From a bacterium (lineage in GTDB: Bacteria > Patescibacteriota > Minisyncoccia > UBA6257 > 2-01-FULL-56-20), in NCBI GenBank assembly GCA_021777495.1, contig JAJYDL010000001.1:1-55970 (forward strand): DNA of 55,970 bases, written 5' to 3'. Both the position numbers and the translations under genes were made by a program. Shown here piece by piece: positions 43,926-53,600 of this stretch. The notes beneath the pieces are model-generated. The model was not told where the DNA came from. It did no database searches and saw only the letters and a program-made list of their open reading frames with translations. Positions within the stretch are counted from its first letter, which is position 1. Each line of letters begins with the position of its first letter.

Positions 43926-45620
43926 TCATCCCGTCCAGTTATACAGCATGATACTGAGGTCGGGGAGATCGATGACGCCGTCGCCGTTCAGGTCCCCCGG
44001 GGGCCATGCCTCCCCCCAGTGGAAGAGAAGAATGGAAAAGTCCACGAGATTCACTTTGCCGTCGCCGTTCAGGTCCCCCCTCCCTCTCGGTTTGGGGGCG
44101 GTGCCCACGCCAAGATAGGACACGCTCGAAAACGGACTCTCCGTATATGCGGGAAGGGACGATCTCGCTTTGATCTGATAGGTGTCGGTCGGGAATCCCG
44201 CGGTCGCAAGGCCGTAGGACCATGCCCCCGCCGCATCCGCGGTCGTGGTCGCCGTCACGGGAGCCTGCGCGCCGCTTTGGCTCGTCACCACGATCTCCAC
44301 CGTGGAGGATGGCTCGGCGACGCCCGATATCGTTGCGGTGCCGCCGATATTCACCGTACTTGTGGTAAAAGAGATCCCCGGCGGGAGCAGGATATTCGTG
44401 ATCCGGTTCGTCGTCCCGGAAATGAGCGTGATCGTTGCCGTATATGAGGCGATCGCGGCGCCGCCCGCGCCGTTCTCGACGAGCGTGAACGAATAGGTTC
44501 CCTCCGGCAACGGCGGAATGGTGACCGAAAAATTTCCCATACTGTCCGCGATCGTGGAAGCGCTCGGCAGCGAAACGCCGTCCTCAAGCACCGAGATGTT
44601 CACGTTCGGAAGCGCGACGCCCGAAATGGAAAGGGCCGGCTCCGAGGGGCCTGCGGGATACGGCGCACCACCTCCTCCCCCGCCGCCACCTCCGCCGCCT
44701 CCGGAATAGGATTGACCCGGCGTTCCGCCGCCCAGCCCGGTGCCCGTCGGATCTCCGGCGGCGAAAGAAATGACGTAATCGCTCGCATCCACGTTCCCCG
44801 TGAAGTCCTCGCAGCGCACATAGAACGTGTAGGTGGTCCCTTTGGTGATGCCCGTGATCGTCGTGTATTGAAATGTCCCCGTGTAATCGCTCGTGAATGT
44901 TCCCGTCATCGCGCCATAACTCACCCCGGAGGATGTCGCATATCGGCAGGTGGAATACGTATTGGTATCGAACGAAACGACCACGCCGAGCACGTTCGAA
45001 GGGATCGTTCCCGTCGGCAGGGCATTCGAAAGGACGGGCGGCGTGTTGCTGTATTGGTTCACGTCAACGCCGACCGCGGGGAGGATCGCCACCATCGCCG
45101 CACCGTAATCGATCGCGGCGCCTGCCGCCGTGTCCGTGTTGAGGAATATCCGGTAGGATGCCGTCGACGACGGATTGGTTATCTCATACCCCCCCGCCAT
45201 CCCGAGAACCACCTTCACGTACGCCCCCGCGGGGATCGCATTCCCCGACGGCATCGTAAGCATGATCGGCCCCGTTCCCGGCACGATGGACGCGCCCACA
45301 TTCGATGCGTTCGCGGAAGGCCCCACCGTCCACGGCACGAATCCCCCGGTCGGCGATGATGTGGAGACCGCAAATGAAATATCCGTATAGTTAAAGGAGG
45401 GATTGAGCGAGAACGCATCGTTTTCGAACGCAACAATTGCGGATCCCGATGCGGGAATGCCGCCGGGCACCCCGAACACAATCGTGTGGGTCGTCGGCCA
45501 TGAAGGACGCGAATCCCCGATCGTATCGCTCACGGGGGACATGACCGCGGCGCGGACAAACGAAGGAAAGGCGAACGCGCAGATCCATGCCGCCGCCGAA
45601 AACACCAGAAATCGTTTCAC
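43926..45620 (-). CDS. secreted Ig-like repeat protein with poly-Gly linker and C-terminal dockerin
   Basis: GTG start and signal peptide KRFLVFSAAAWICAFAFPSFVRA. G11 run. Dockerin DLNGDGKVNLVDFSILLFHWG...DLNGDGVIDLPDLSIMLYNW. Confidence 0.85.
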   Translation of the reverse strand: MKRFLVFSAAAWICAFAFPSFVRAAVMSPVSDTIGDSRPSWPTTHTIVFGVPGGIPASGSAIVAFENDAFSLNPSFNYTDISFAVSTSSPTGGFVPWTVGPSANASNVGASIVPGTGPIMLTMPSGNAIPAGAYVKVVLGMAGGYEITNPSSTASYRIFLNTDTAAGAAIDYGAAMVAILPAVGVDVNQYSNTPPVLSNALPTGTIPSNVLGVVVSFDTNTYSTCRYATSSGVSYGAMTGTFTSDYTGTFQYTTITGITKGTTYTFYVRCEDFTGNVDASDYVISFAAGDPTGTGLGGGTPGQSYSGGGGGGGGGGGGAPYPAGPSEPALSISGVALPNVNISVLEDGVSLPSASTIADSMGNFSVTIPPLPEGTYSFTLVENGAGGAAIASYTATITLISGTTNRITNILLPPGISFTTSTVNIGGTATISGVAEPSSTVEIVVTSQSGAQAPVTATTTADAAGAWSYGLATAGFPTDTYQIKARSSLPAYTESPFSSVSYLGVGTAPKPRGRGDLNGDGKVNLVDFSILLFHWGEAWPPGDLNGDGVIDLPDLSIMLYNWTG

Positions 45621-45632
45621 CTTATTATGGTA

Positions 45633-46061
45633 TCACGCCGCGGTCGGCGTTTCCTTCCCCTGCTCAGGGCCTCCCCTCCATTCCCCGCGCTCGCGGCGCG
45701 CGCCAAGATGGAAACTGAGCCCCGCGAAAAACGCGAGGACCCCTATCACAACCATGAAATACCACGGTATCGCCGCGGGCGATGCGGATCCTCCCGTCGT
45801 CGTCGCGGATGCAAGCGCGGCCCTCTGCGCCGCAAGGTCGGCGGCCTCCATATCGAGCTGGGTCTTCTCCTGGCTCAACTGCGCATTCAAAGTATTGTAG
45901 GGATTCGGCGCGACGCCCACGACCACGCCCACCTGCGCGAGCATGCTCTTCGCCGGAGCAAATCCTTCCGGCATGCGCGCGATCATAAATATGCTTCCGG
46001 CGACGACCGTTGCGGCCGCCGCCATGAGCATCGTTCCCATCCTTCCTTTTGGCATGTTCAT
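45633..46061 (-). CDS. small two-TM membrane protein with a central coiled-coil segment
   Basis: 142 aa. TM helices MLMAAAATVVAGSIFMIA and WYFMVVIGVLAFFAGLSF. Confidence 0.65.
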   Translation of the reverse strand: MNMPKGRMGTMLMAAAATVVAGSIFMIARMPEGFAPAKSMLAQVGVVVGVAPNPYNTLNAQLSQEKTQLDMEAADLAAQRAALASATTTGGSASPAAIPWYFMVVIGVLAFFAGLSFHLGARRERGEWRGGPEQGKETPTAA

Positions 46062-46074
46062 GCCGGGAAAACCG

Positions 46075-47187
46075 CTATCCGAAGAAGAAGAACAGGATCA
46101 TCAGGAATATGACCGCGAATACCACCGTCGCCACGAGTATGAAGATGAGGCGCGAGAACGGAAGCCTCCCTTCGGCGAGAAGACGCTCCTCGGCGGAGAC
46201 CGATGCCGCGGCACCCTGACGTCCGTCGGTCATTGCCGCGATCTTCTTTCTTACATACGCCCGCACGCCCCAGATGAAGCCGAACACGACAAGCAGGAGG
46301 ATGATGAGGAGCGCGAGGATCGGCACGATGGGGATGATCCAGAACGAGGTTTCCTGGGACACCGTCTTTTGGGCATTGTCTCCGTAGGTGAGCGACATCA
46401 CCGCATCGAACCGTCCCATCATGAACCCTCCGCTCGTCCAATTCACCGTGAACGTCCGGTCCTGGCCCGGGAAAATGGCATCGTTAGAATCGTTCATGAT
46501 GACCGTCCCCACCTTCTGCCCGAACATGTTCGTAATATCGATCGGGCCGCGCGGGCGAAGCAAAACGTTTCCGGTGTCGGCGACGTCCGCCCCGAACGTC
46601 ACGTTCGCGTTCTGATAGAGGCCCTTGTCCGTCGAGAACGAGCGGATCTCCGCCGTCTCATTCGCCTGTCCCGCAATCCTGAAGTCGAGAAGCGAGCCGA
46701 CCTGGTAGCCGATGCCGGTTCCCGTGAACTCCGGACGCGTTGCGCCGTAGGTCACGAAAATGGCGCCATAGTGGCCGCCGGGGGCGGCAGTCGAGGGGAC
46801 GTTCACGGTGAAGGGCACCGTCACGGATCCTCCCGCAGGAATGGTGATGGTGGGATTCTGCACGCTTACCCACGAACTTATCCCGTATTCGGGAACCGAG
46901 GAACTGGTGAATTCCGGCTCTCCGCCGCTATTAAGGCCCGATATGTCCTTCACGCTCACGGTGTAGGTGCGCGACACGGCATCCGGATTCGTGACGGTGA
47001 TCGAGGTGGAGAACTTATCGCCGGGATTCACGATCTGCTGGAAGATCGCGGGCTGAACTTTGACTCCCGTCGCGTCGGCGCCCGGAGTCCCGGGGGCGGA
47101 CTGCGCAAATGCAATTCCTCCGATAAGGACCGCGGCGGCCATGCCGGCGAGGACCGCTCCCCATGCCTTTTTCTTCATTACATGCAT
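46075..47187 (-). CDS. CscA/DUF916-DUF3324-like surface protein with C-terminal TM anchor (paralog 2)
   Basis: Signal peptide and the motifs GGHYGAIFV, DTGNVLLRPRGPIDITNMFG and FWIIP followed by a TM helix. Confidence 0.8.
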   Translation of the reverse strand: MHVMKKKAWGAVLAGMAAAVLIGGIAFAQSAPGTPGADATGVKVQPAIFQQIVNPGDKFSTSITVTNPDAVSRTYTVSVKDISGLNSGGEPEFTSSSVPEYGISSWVSVQNPTITIPAGGSVTVPFTVNVPSTAAPGGHYGAIFVTYGATRPEFTGTGIGYQVGSLLDFRIAGQANETAEIRSFSTDKGLYQNANVTFGADVADTGNVLLRPRGPIDITNMFGQKVGTVIMNDSNDAIFPGQDRTFTVNWTSGGFMMGRFDAVMSLTYGDNAQKTVSQETSFWIIPIVPILALLIILLLVVFGFIWGVRAYVRKKIAAMTDGRQGAAASVSAEERLLAEGRLPFSRLIFILVATVVFAVIFLMILFFFFG

Positions 47188-47225
47188 CGTATCATGCCCC
47201 GACGCGCCCTTTCAAGCCGGATGGC

Positions 47226-48359
47226 TTAGAAGGTCGGCGTTGCAACGTAGATCAGGTTGTTCGTGTAGTCGTTCGCGGCAGGCTGCAGCGTACCGATCTC
47301 GATGCGGTAGGCGACCTTCGCGGTGCCCACGTTCTGCGTCGTGCCGTCGGCGGGACCGTTCCATGCGAACACGGTGAGCGTGGATGTCGGATTGATGCTT
47401 CCGGCGTAGAGCGGCGTGCTCGTGCCGAAGCTCGGTGCGCCCACGAGAGAACTGCTTGCGTCATCGCTTGTCACGCCGAGATGGCCGTATGTCGCAGGCT
47501 GGTTGATGATGTTGCTCGGCGCAGCCCACGGACTCGGCGTGGACGTGGCGTTGCCGTTATCGAAAAGATGGATGGTGTTCCCCGTCTGGCTCGTAAGGTC
47601 CTGGTCCTCGTGGACCGTCACCGCAAAGCCGTTCGCGGCGTTCGTCGTCACATACAACTGCTGTCCAAGCTCGGCGTGGGTGTTCGGCGAGATGATGCCG
47701 AAGGGAACCGTGGTAGAAGTGGATGCCCCCGTCGTCGTCGCGCCGTTCCCGAGCGTCGTGGATGTCGCAAGCCCCGCCACCGTGAAGGTGAAGGTTGTGG
47801 CGACCGCAGCCGTCACATTGACCCCGTTCACGATCGCGACACGGGTTGCCGCGGAATTCGCCCCCGCCGCAACGTTTATCACATAGGATCCGGTGCTCGT
47901 CGGGTTCGTGATCGTATTATTCAAAACCTTAAGGGTGACCGTTCCTGCGGGGATGGTCGCACCGCCGCAGACGGTGAATACGAGCGAATTCGTGGTGGTT
48001 GCCAGGCTTACGTTGGTACCTCCGTTGCTGCAGGTATATCCGGCAATGGTCATTCCCGTGGAGGTAACATCCGCAATCACTACTCCTCCTACGTTGCCGA
48101 ATGCACTCGTCGTGGGATCGAATGTATAGGTGATCGTCTGACCGCTTACGGTACTCGTCGAATCGGTGAACGCTATTGTGTGGTTCGCCGCAAACCCCGG
48201 GCGGGAATCGGACAATGTGTCGCTCACTGAGGTAAGGCTCACCGCGTGGGCCGTGCTTATGAAGCGAAGCATCGTGCTCCACGAAACGAGGCTTACGATC
48301 AAGCCTGCCGCGACCGCGATTACGACATCACGTTTTATCATCGTCCTTTTGCTGAACAT
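47226..48359 (-). CDS. secreted protein, C-terminal tail type I (..DYTNNLIYVATPTF), WxL-analogous
   Basis: 377 aa with a signal anchor. The C-terminal domain (PFGIISPN...TNAANGFAVTV...YTNNLIYVATPTF) is homologous to the C-terminus of 50604-54749. Confidence 0.85.
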   Translation of the reverse strand: MFSKRTMIKRDVVIAVAAGLIVSLVSWSTMLRFISTAHAVSLTSVSDTLSDSRPGFAANHTIAFTDSTSTVSGQTITYTFDPTTSAFGNVGGVVIADVTSTGMTIAGYTCSNGGTNVSLATTTNSLVFTVCGGATIPAGTVTLKVLNNTITNPTSTGSYVINVAAGANSAATRVAIVNGVNVTAAVATTFTFTVAGLATSTTLGNGATTTGASTSTTVPFGIISPNTHAELGQQLYVTTNAANGFAVTVHEDQDLTSQTGNTIHLFDNGNATSTPSPWAAPSNIINQPATYGHLGVTSDDASSSLVGAPSFGTSTPLYAGSINPTSTLTVFAWNGPADGTTQNVGTAKVAYRIEIGTLQPAANDYTNNLIYVATPTF

Positions 48360-48410
48360 GGGATACTCTTTATTGAAAGAGGGGTTTGCTTTTTTATTCG
48401 ACTTGTATTC

Positions 48411-48457
48411 ATTCTATCACAACAGGTTGTCCCCATTACAAGGGGTACTTATCCACA
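48411..48457 (-). promoter_or_regulatory. promoter region with paired DnaA-box-like repeats
   Basis: TGaTAGAAT (-10 at 48416-48411, minus strand). TTGTCCCCA (48427-48435) and TTATCCACA (48449-48457) lie 22 nt apart start to start. Confidence 0.5.
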
Positions 48458-48489
48458 GGCACTGAAGAGCGTGCACACTCCGCCCGCGA

Positions 48490-49602
48490 TCACTTCTTTC
48501 TGAGATCGACCGTCCCCTCCGGACCGCTCCGCGGGGCGTGAGGATGAGGAGGCTCGTGCGGCGGTTTCGGCCCCGGAGAACCATACCGTCCCATTTCCCG
48601 TTCGAGCATCTTTTTCACGTAACGCCGGAGAAGTATCACGAATCCGCCGATCACAAGAAGCGCGATCGCACCGTCTTCCGCGAGCATTCCCACCGGCAAC
48701 ACCCAGAACGTGAGCGTCTGGGACACGCTCTTCGTTCCGTCCGTGCCGTACGCAAGAGTGACGACCGCAGTAAAACGCCCTATATCCCACAAATTTCCCG
48801 GTCCCTGCCATTCCTCGCTGAACTTGCGGCTGCTCGAAGGCAGCACGTACCCGAACGTCTGCTCCTGATTCACCGGAACCGTCCCCTCCTCCTTTCCAAA
48901 CGCGTTATAGATCTGGATCTCCCCTACCGGACGCACGTGAACGTTGCCCGTGTTCGCAAACACGAGATTGAAGTTCACGTCGGGTCTTTGATAGAACCCT
49001 TTGTCCGTGGAAAATTCCTGGATGTTCCCGGATTCTTTTATATCCCCCGATACCGTGACGAATATAAGCGCCGAGATGAAGCTCGATATGCCGATATGGG
49101 ACCCCGCCGGAGCGCCGGATTCCCCCGGCGGCTGCGTACCGATCAGGATGCCGGCGTAATGCCCTCCGGGGGATGCGTCCTTCGGCACGGCTATCGAGAA
49201 CGGAATGTCCGCCGCGCTTCCCGGCGGCACCACCGCGGTGGAAGACCCGAGCGTTATCCAGTTCGCGAGAGCGTCGGAATCTCCCGCGATCGCCGAAAGA
49301 TTTTTGAATGTGCCGTGGCCCTCCTGATCGGAGGGCGCAAACCCCATCACCGTCGCCACCACGGGAAGCGGTGCGGCGTTCGTGTTCACCACGCGGATAG
49401 AGCTCGCCCACGCATCGCCGGGCGACGCATTGAGCGTGAAGAACGGCGGCGTGATGGTGAGCGACGTCGCATCGGCCGACTGCGCGTCCGCGCGGGACAC
49501 GAAGCACGGCGCTCCCGCCGCGAGCGCGATAAGGACGAACATCGCGCCCGCCGCGGCGCGGCGCATCCCTCCGAACATCATCGTGCGTGCGCCGTTATTC
49601 AT
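48490..49602 (-). CDS. CscA/DUF916-DUF3324-like surface protein with C-terminal TM anchor (paralog 3)
   Basis: Signal peptide and the motifs GGHYAGILIG, NTGNVHVRPVGEIQIYNAFG and FWVLP followed by a TM helix. Pro/His-rich cytoplasmic tail. Confidence 0.8.
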   Translation of the reverse strand: MNNGARTMMFGGMRRAAAGAMFVLIALAAGAPCFVSRADAQSADATSLTITPPFFTLNASPGDAWASSIRVVNTNAAPLPVVATVMGFAPSDQEGHGTFKNLSAIAGDSDALANWITLGSSTAVVPPGSAADIPFSIAVPKDASPGGHYAGILIGTQPPGESGAPAGSHIGISSFISALIFVTVSGDIKESGNIQEFSTDKGFYQRPDVNFNLVFANTGNVHVRPVGEIQIYNAFGKEEGTVPVNQEQTFGYVLPSSSRKFSEEWQGPGNLWDIGRFTAVVTLAYGTDGTKSVSQTLTFWVLPVGMLAEDGAIALLVIGGFVILLRRYVKKMLEREMGRYGSPGPKPPHEPPHPHAPRSGPEGTVDLRKK

Positions 49603-50590
49603 GGTGGTGGGGATGCTTAAGGTCTATCACCTGTTTGTTCTTGAGGAGATGTTCGATGAGCTGGCGTCGACGATGATGCCGTTTCGCGTATTCGCGATGC
49701 AAGAACGATGCGGCCACGATCACCACAATGAGCAGCGTGATGAAGATTGCGAGCAGCTCCTTCCATGGAAGGATCCAGAAGATCGCCGTATCCGCAAGTT
49801 GCGCGTCCTGGGCCCCATAGGCCGCTTCGAGCCCTACTTTATATTCCCCCATACCGCCCGCTCCGTTCCATGAAGCGGTGAAGTTCTTGGTGTCTCCCGG
49901 TGCGATGGAGATTCCCTCCGGATTCACGGGCACCGATCCGAGGTCGTGTCCGATGCGGTCGTAGAATATCACGTCCCCGCCCGGGTCCGAGGGTACATCG
50001 CCCGTATTCTTGATGGCGTAGTCCACCACGACCGGGAACCCCGCGGACACCCTCTTTTCCGGACCGAAACTCACAAGCTGAAGCTCTTCTTTAAGGTCGG
50101 ATATGACCGTGAAGTTCACAAGCGCCTGGGGCGCTCCGTCGAGATGCTGCTCGGCTTCGGCCCTCGTCCCTCCTTCCACGAACGCCACGACGGCATGATA
50201 ATCGCCCGCCGTCGCATAGGGATTGATCGTCACGCTCATCGGAATTGTCTTCGTCTCTCCGGGAGCGAAGATCATCGCCCCGCGCGAAATCCCTATCCAA
50301 TCGGCCAGGAACGCCGGCCGGTCCGAGCTCGCGGGATCCGTAAAGGGCTGCGTTCCGCTCGCCGTGAGTTCGTACACCGACGCGAAAACATTGAGCTGTC
50401 TGCCGCTCGTGTTCGTGACCGTGAGCGTGTAATTGAACATGTCGTCCGGGACCCCGCTCGTGTCGATCACCGCGGGCGCGACCGTAAGGTCCGCGGCATG
50501 CGCGACAGGCGCGGCGCGCATCCACGCCGCGGCGGAAAACGCCATGATGGCGGCGAGGAGCAGGATCGGATGTGATATGCGCTTCATCAT
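49595..50590 (-). CDS. CscA/DUF916-DUF3324-like surface protein with C-terminal TM anchor (paralog 4)
   Basis: Signal peptide and the motifs AGDYHAVVAFV, NTGDVPSDPGGDVIFYDRIG and FWILPW followed by a TM helix. His-rich tail. 8-nt overlap with paralog 3. Confidence 0.8.
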   Translation of the reverse strand: MMKRISHPILLLAAIMAFSAAAWMRAAPVAHAADLTVAPAVIDTSGVPDDMFNYTLTVTNTSGRQLNVFASVYELTASGTQPFTDPASSDRPAFLADWIGISRGAMIFAPGETKTIPMSVTINPYATAGDYHAVVAFVEGGTRAEAEQHLDGAPQALVNFTVISDLKEELQLVSFGPEKRVSAGFPVVVDYAIKNTGDVPSDPGGDVIFYDRIGHDLGSVPVNPEGISIAPGDTKNFTASWNGAGGMGEYKVGLEAAYGAQDAQLADTAIFWILPWKELLAIFITLLIVVIVAASFLHREYAKRHHRRRQLIEHLLKNKQVIDLKHPHHHE

Positions 50591-50603
50591 ATTCGTTGCG
50601 TCA

Positions 50604-53600
50604 TTAGAATACCGGGGTCGCGATATAGATCACGTTGTCGTTATAGTTGCCGTTCACCTGCGTCGGGCCCGCCTGTACGCGGTATACGACATTGATCGTG
50701 CTCGTGGCGGGCCCTCCCGAATAGCCGATCTCCGCCGGCGTCGACGTGAGCGCCGCATACGAATCATCCGCGGCGAACCGCGTCGATCCGCCCGAAAGCA
50801 CGGGGCTCCCGGGATGATATCCGTAACAGGCGGTGGAAGTCGCGGTGCAGGCCGATGACCATGGCAGCGGACTTCCGTTCGTCGCATCCACTCCCGGCAA
50901 GACATAACCGCGCCCGTTCATAAGCGGCGCATCCTGAAGTGCGTAGAGTTCGAATCCGTTCGGCGCGTCGGTCGAGATGAGGAGCTGCTGCGCCGCCATC
51001 GAACTCGTGGCGATCGTGAGCGTGCCGAACGAGATCCCGGCGGGCGTGGACGATGCGGTCGTCACAATGCCGTCGGTCGAAGTGCCCTGCGGCATGCCGC
51101 TTACCGTGAAGGTGAGGAGCGCGCCCTCTACCGCAAGGCTCGGATACGACGAAGTGCCGTAGAGCGCCACGGGCGATCCGGTCCCGTTGTTCACGAGACG
51201 GAAGAAATAGGTGGCGTTCGTCGTTGCGCCGTTCCCCACGATCGTGAATTCGTATTCGGTGACGGCTCCCGCCTGCTGCGTGAAGGTGGACGAGCTTATC
51301 CCCGACGTGTTGTGCGTGCCGCATCCCGGTCCCACGCCGCTCGTACAGGCGCTCGAATCCGAAAGTACCGCAGTGGAGATCACCGCATTGTCCGTGCCCC
51401 CCGTCGATGTGGCATAGCACCACTGCGACGAAGAGGTGCAGCTCCCCACCTCCGCCACGGATCCCACCCCGGACGAAAAATTGCTGTAGGTGGAATATTG
51501 AAGGGCGAACTTCACATTGCTCCCGGAAACATTGTTCGTCTCGGCCACCGCCACCCGGAGCTTGATAGTGCTCCCGTTCTCCACCGTCGAGGGCGCGACG
51601 TTCTCCCCCGCAAGCGGGATCACCGGCGTTTCATCGTTCGCGTCGCTGTAAAATCTCCAGTTCGCCGACTCCGGATTGAACGGCGCCGTTGTCACTGCGG
51701 GATAATACACATACGAGTCGAGCGGCGTGCCGTCGCTCTTCGCCATGCGGAAGCAATATGATGCCGAGGAGCTCGTACTGTTGTACTGAAGCACCCAGTC
51801 GTATTCGATGTTGTCTCCGATAAGCGATCGGTAAGGGTTCGCCGCGGACGGGTTTGCGTCCGCATATACGCCGTCGCGATTCGACACGGAAAGCAGCAGG
51901 GTGGTGAGCGGCGTGCCGTTCGTAACGCCCGCATTCGCATACCCGTTCCACGGTCCCGCGCCGCCGATCGCGCCCACATCGCTCCATGACGAAATCGCGC
52001 TGCACGATGTCGTCATCACCCCGTACTGCAGTTTGAACGCCTGCGTCGACGTGGGAAGGACCGCGCCGCCGAGCGTCACCGCCATGCGGAGACGAAGCAC
52101 GCTCCCGGACGTCGGCGGCGAGTCGGCCGCGGTGATCGCCATGTTCTCCCCGAGCGTCGACGTGCCCGCGGGCCACGCCGCGGTCGGCGTGAGCGCATTC
52201 GTATTCACATACCAGCGGTAATAGTTCTCGGCGAAGGTGGAACTTGCCGCCACCACGTTGATCTGGGGATAGACCGAGTAGGTGCCGATCGACGCCCCGT
52301 TGTTGGTCGCACGGAAATAATATGTCTGCCCGAATGTTGCGCCTTCCGTCGCCTGGATGTTCCACTCGAGCTCCGTGAATTGATTCGTATTGATCGCGAT
52401 CACGGGCGAAGGGGTCGTACTTTCCAGCATGAAGCCGCTCACGAACGTTGCCGCCGCCGGAGTAAGAAGGCTGTGTGTCGGATCGAGATCCGCGAAATAT
52501 CCCGAAGGGCACTCGCGGAACGCCGCGGCGATCGTGGAGCAGGTGGGATCGACGGGCACCGGCGTCCATGGCCCCGCGGTGGATGTCGCATATTCCAACC
52601 GGAACGCGGCGCTCGCGGCGGTGTTCCCGTTGTTCGAAAATTCCATGCGCAAGCGCACGCTCGTGTCTTCGGTCGTGCTCGTCGGCGTCGTTTCGGCGGC
52701 GCGCCAGGTCGCCGAAGGGACCGTGTCCACCTCCGGATAATTCACATACCCGTCGAGCGAGGCGCCCGCTCCGGTCATCATGCGGAAACAATACGCCGCG
52801 CCCGACGGCGCATCGTTGTCCTGCACCACGAAATCCCATTCTCCCGTGCCGTTCGCGGGAATGGGGTTCGGGTTCGCCGGCGAGGGATTCTGCTCTATGT
52901 ACGATTCGGGGACGGTGGAACTCGAGAGGAGCGTCGCGGTGAGCGTCGTGCCGTCGGTCGTGCTTGCGTTGCTGTAGCCGCGCCACGGCGCGGAAGATCC
53001 GAAGGCGCCCACATCCGCAAAGTTCGCCGAAGGAACCGCGCTGCACGATGCCGCGGTTCCCTTCGGGGCATACTGCAGTTTGAATGATTGCGTGGAGCTC
53101 GGAAGCGCCGCGCCGCCCACCTCGATATTCATCACAACCCTCACGACCTCCCCTGAAACGGTCCCTGTCGCAGCCGCATCCTGCGCAGCGAGCGAAGACG
53201 TCGGCTGGACCGCATTGATATTTTTATATATCTGGAAATCCTGCTGGGTAAGGGTTGCGGAAGGCATGGTGGTGAACCCTCCGAGTCCCACCCCCGCCGC
53301 GGGGCTCACGGTCCCCGCGCCCACCGTGACGTCGGTCGAGGGGTTCGCGATCGTAAGCTCGAAGGTCTGGCCTGCGGGAGAGGACGAGGCGATGTTCACC
53401 TGGGCGTAGATGCAGACGTTCGCGGTGCCCACGGGCATCGTGCCCGTCACGGTCGCCTGTTCCGATGCGTTGAAGGATCCCCCCGTCGCGTTGAAGAGGG
53501 TCGCTCCTGCGGGGATGCTCGAGGTGGCGCAGGTGGTCGCCGCCTGATAGTAGAGGGAAAGGTTCCCGAGATAGGCGTTCGCGTTCAGGGTGCCCGATGC

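Noticed and set aside
44655-44705. Poly-glycine tracts (G11 in 43926-45620 and the Gly runs in 50604-54749) considered as slipped-strand phase-variation tracts.
   Set aside because: At nucleotide level the codons are mixed GGN (ccgcc/acc/tcc on the plus strand), not a homopolymer or a perfect short tandem repeat. Any indel in multiples of 3 would change only the linker length.
22552-48457. Three perfect DnaA boxes considered as a replication origin.
   Set aside because: The boxes are 10-15 kb apart and are not clustered. There is no AT-rich unwinding element and no dnaA or dnaN nearby. They are interpreted as promoter-associated sites.
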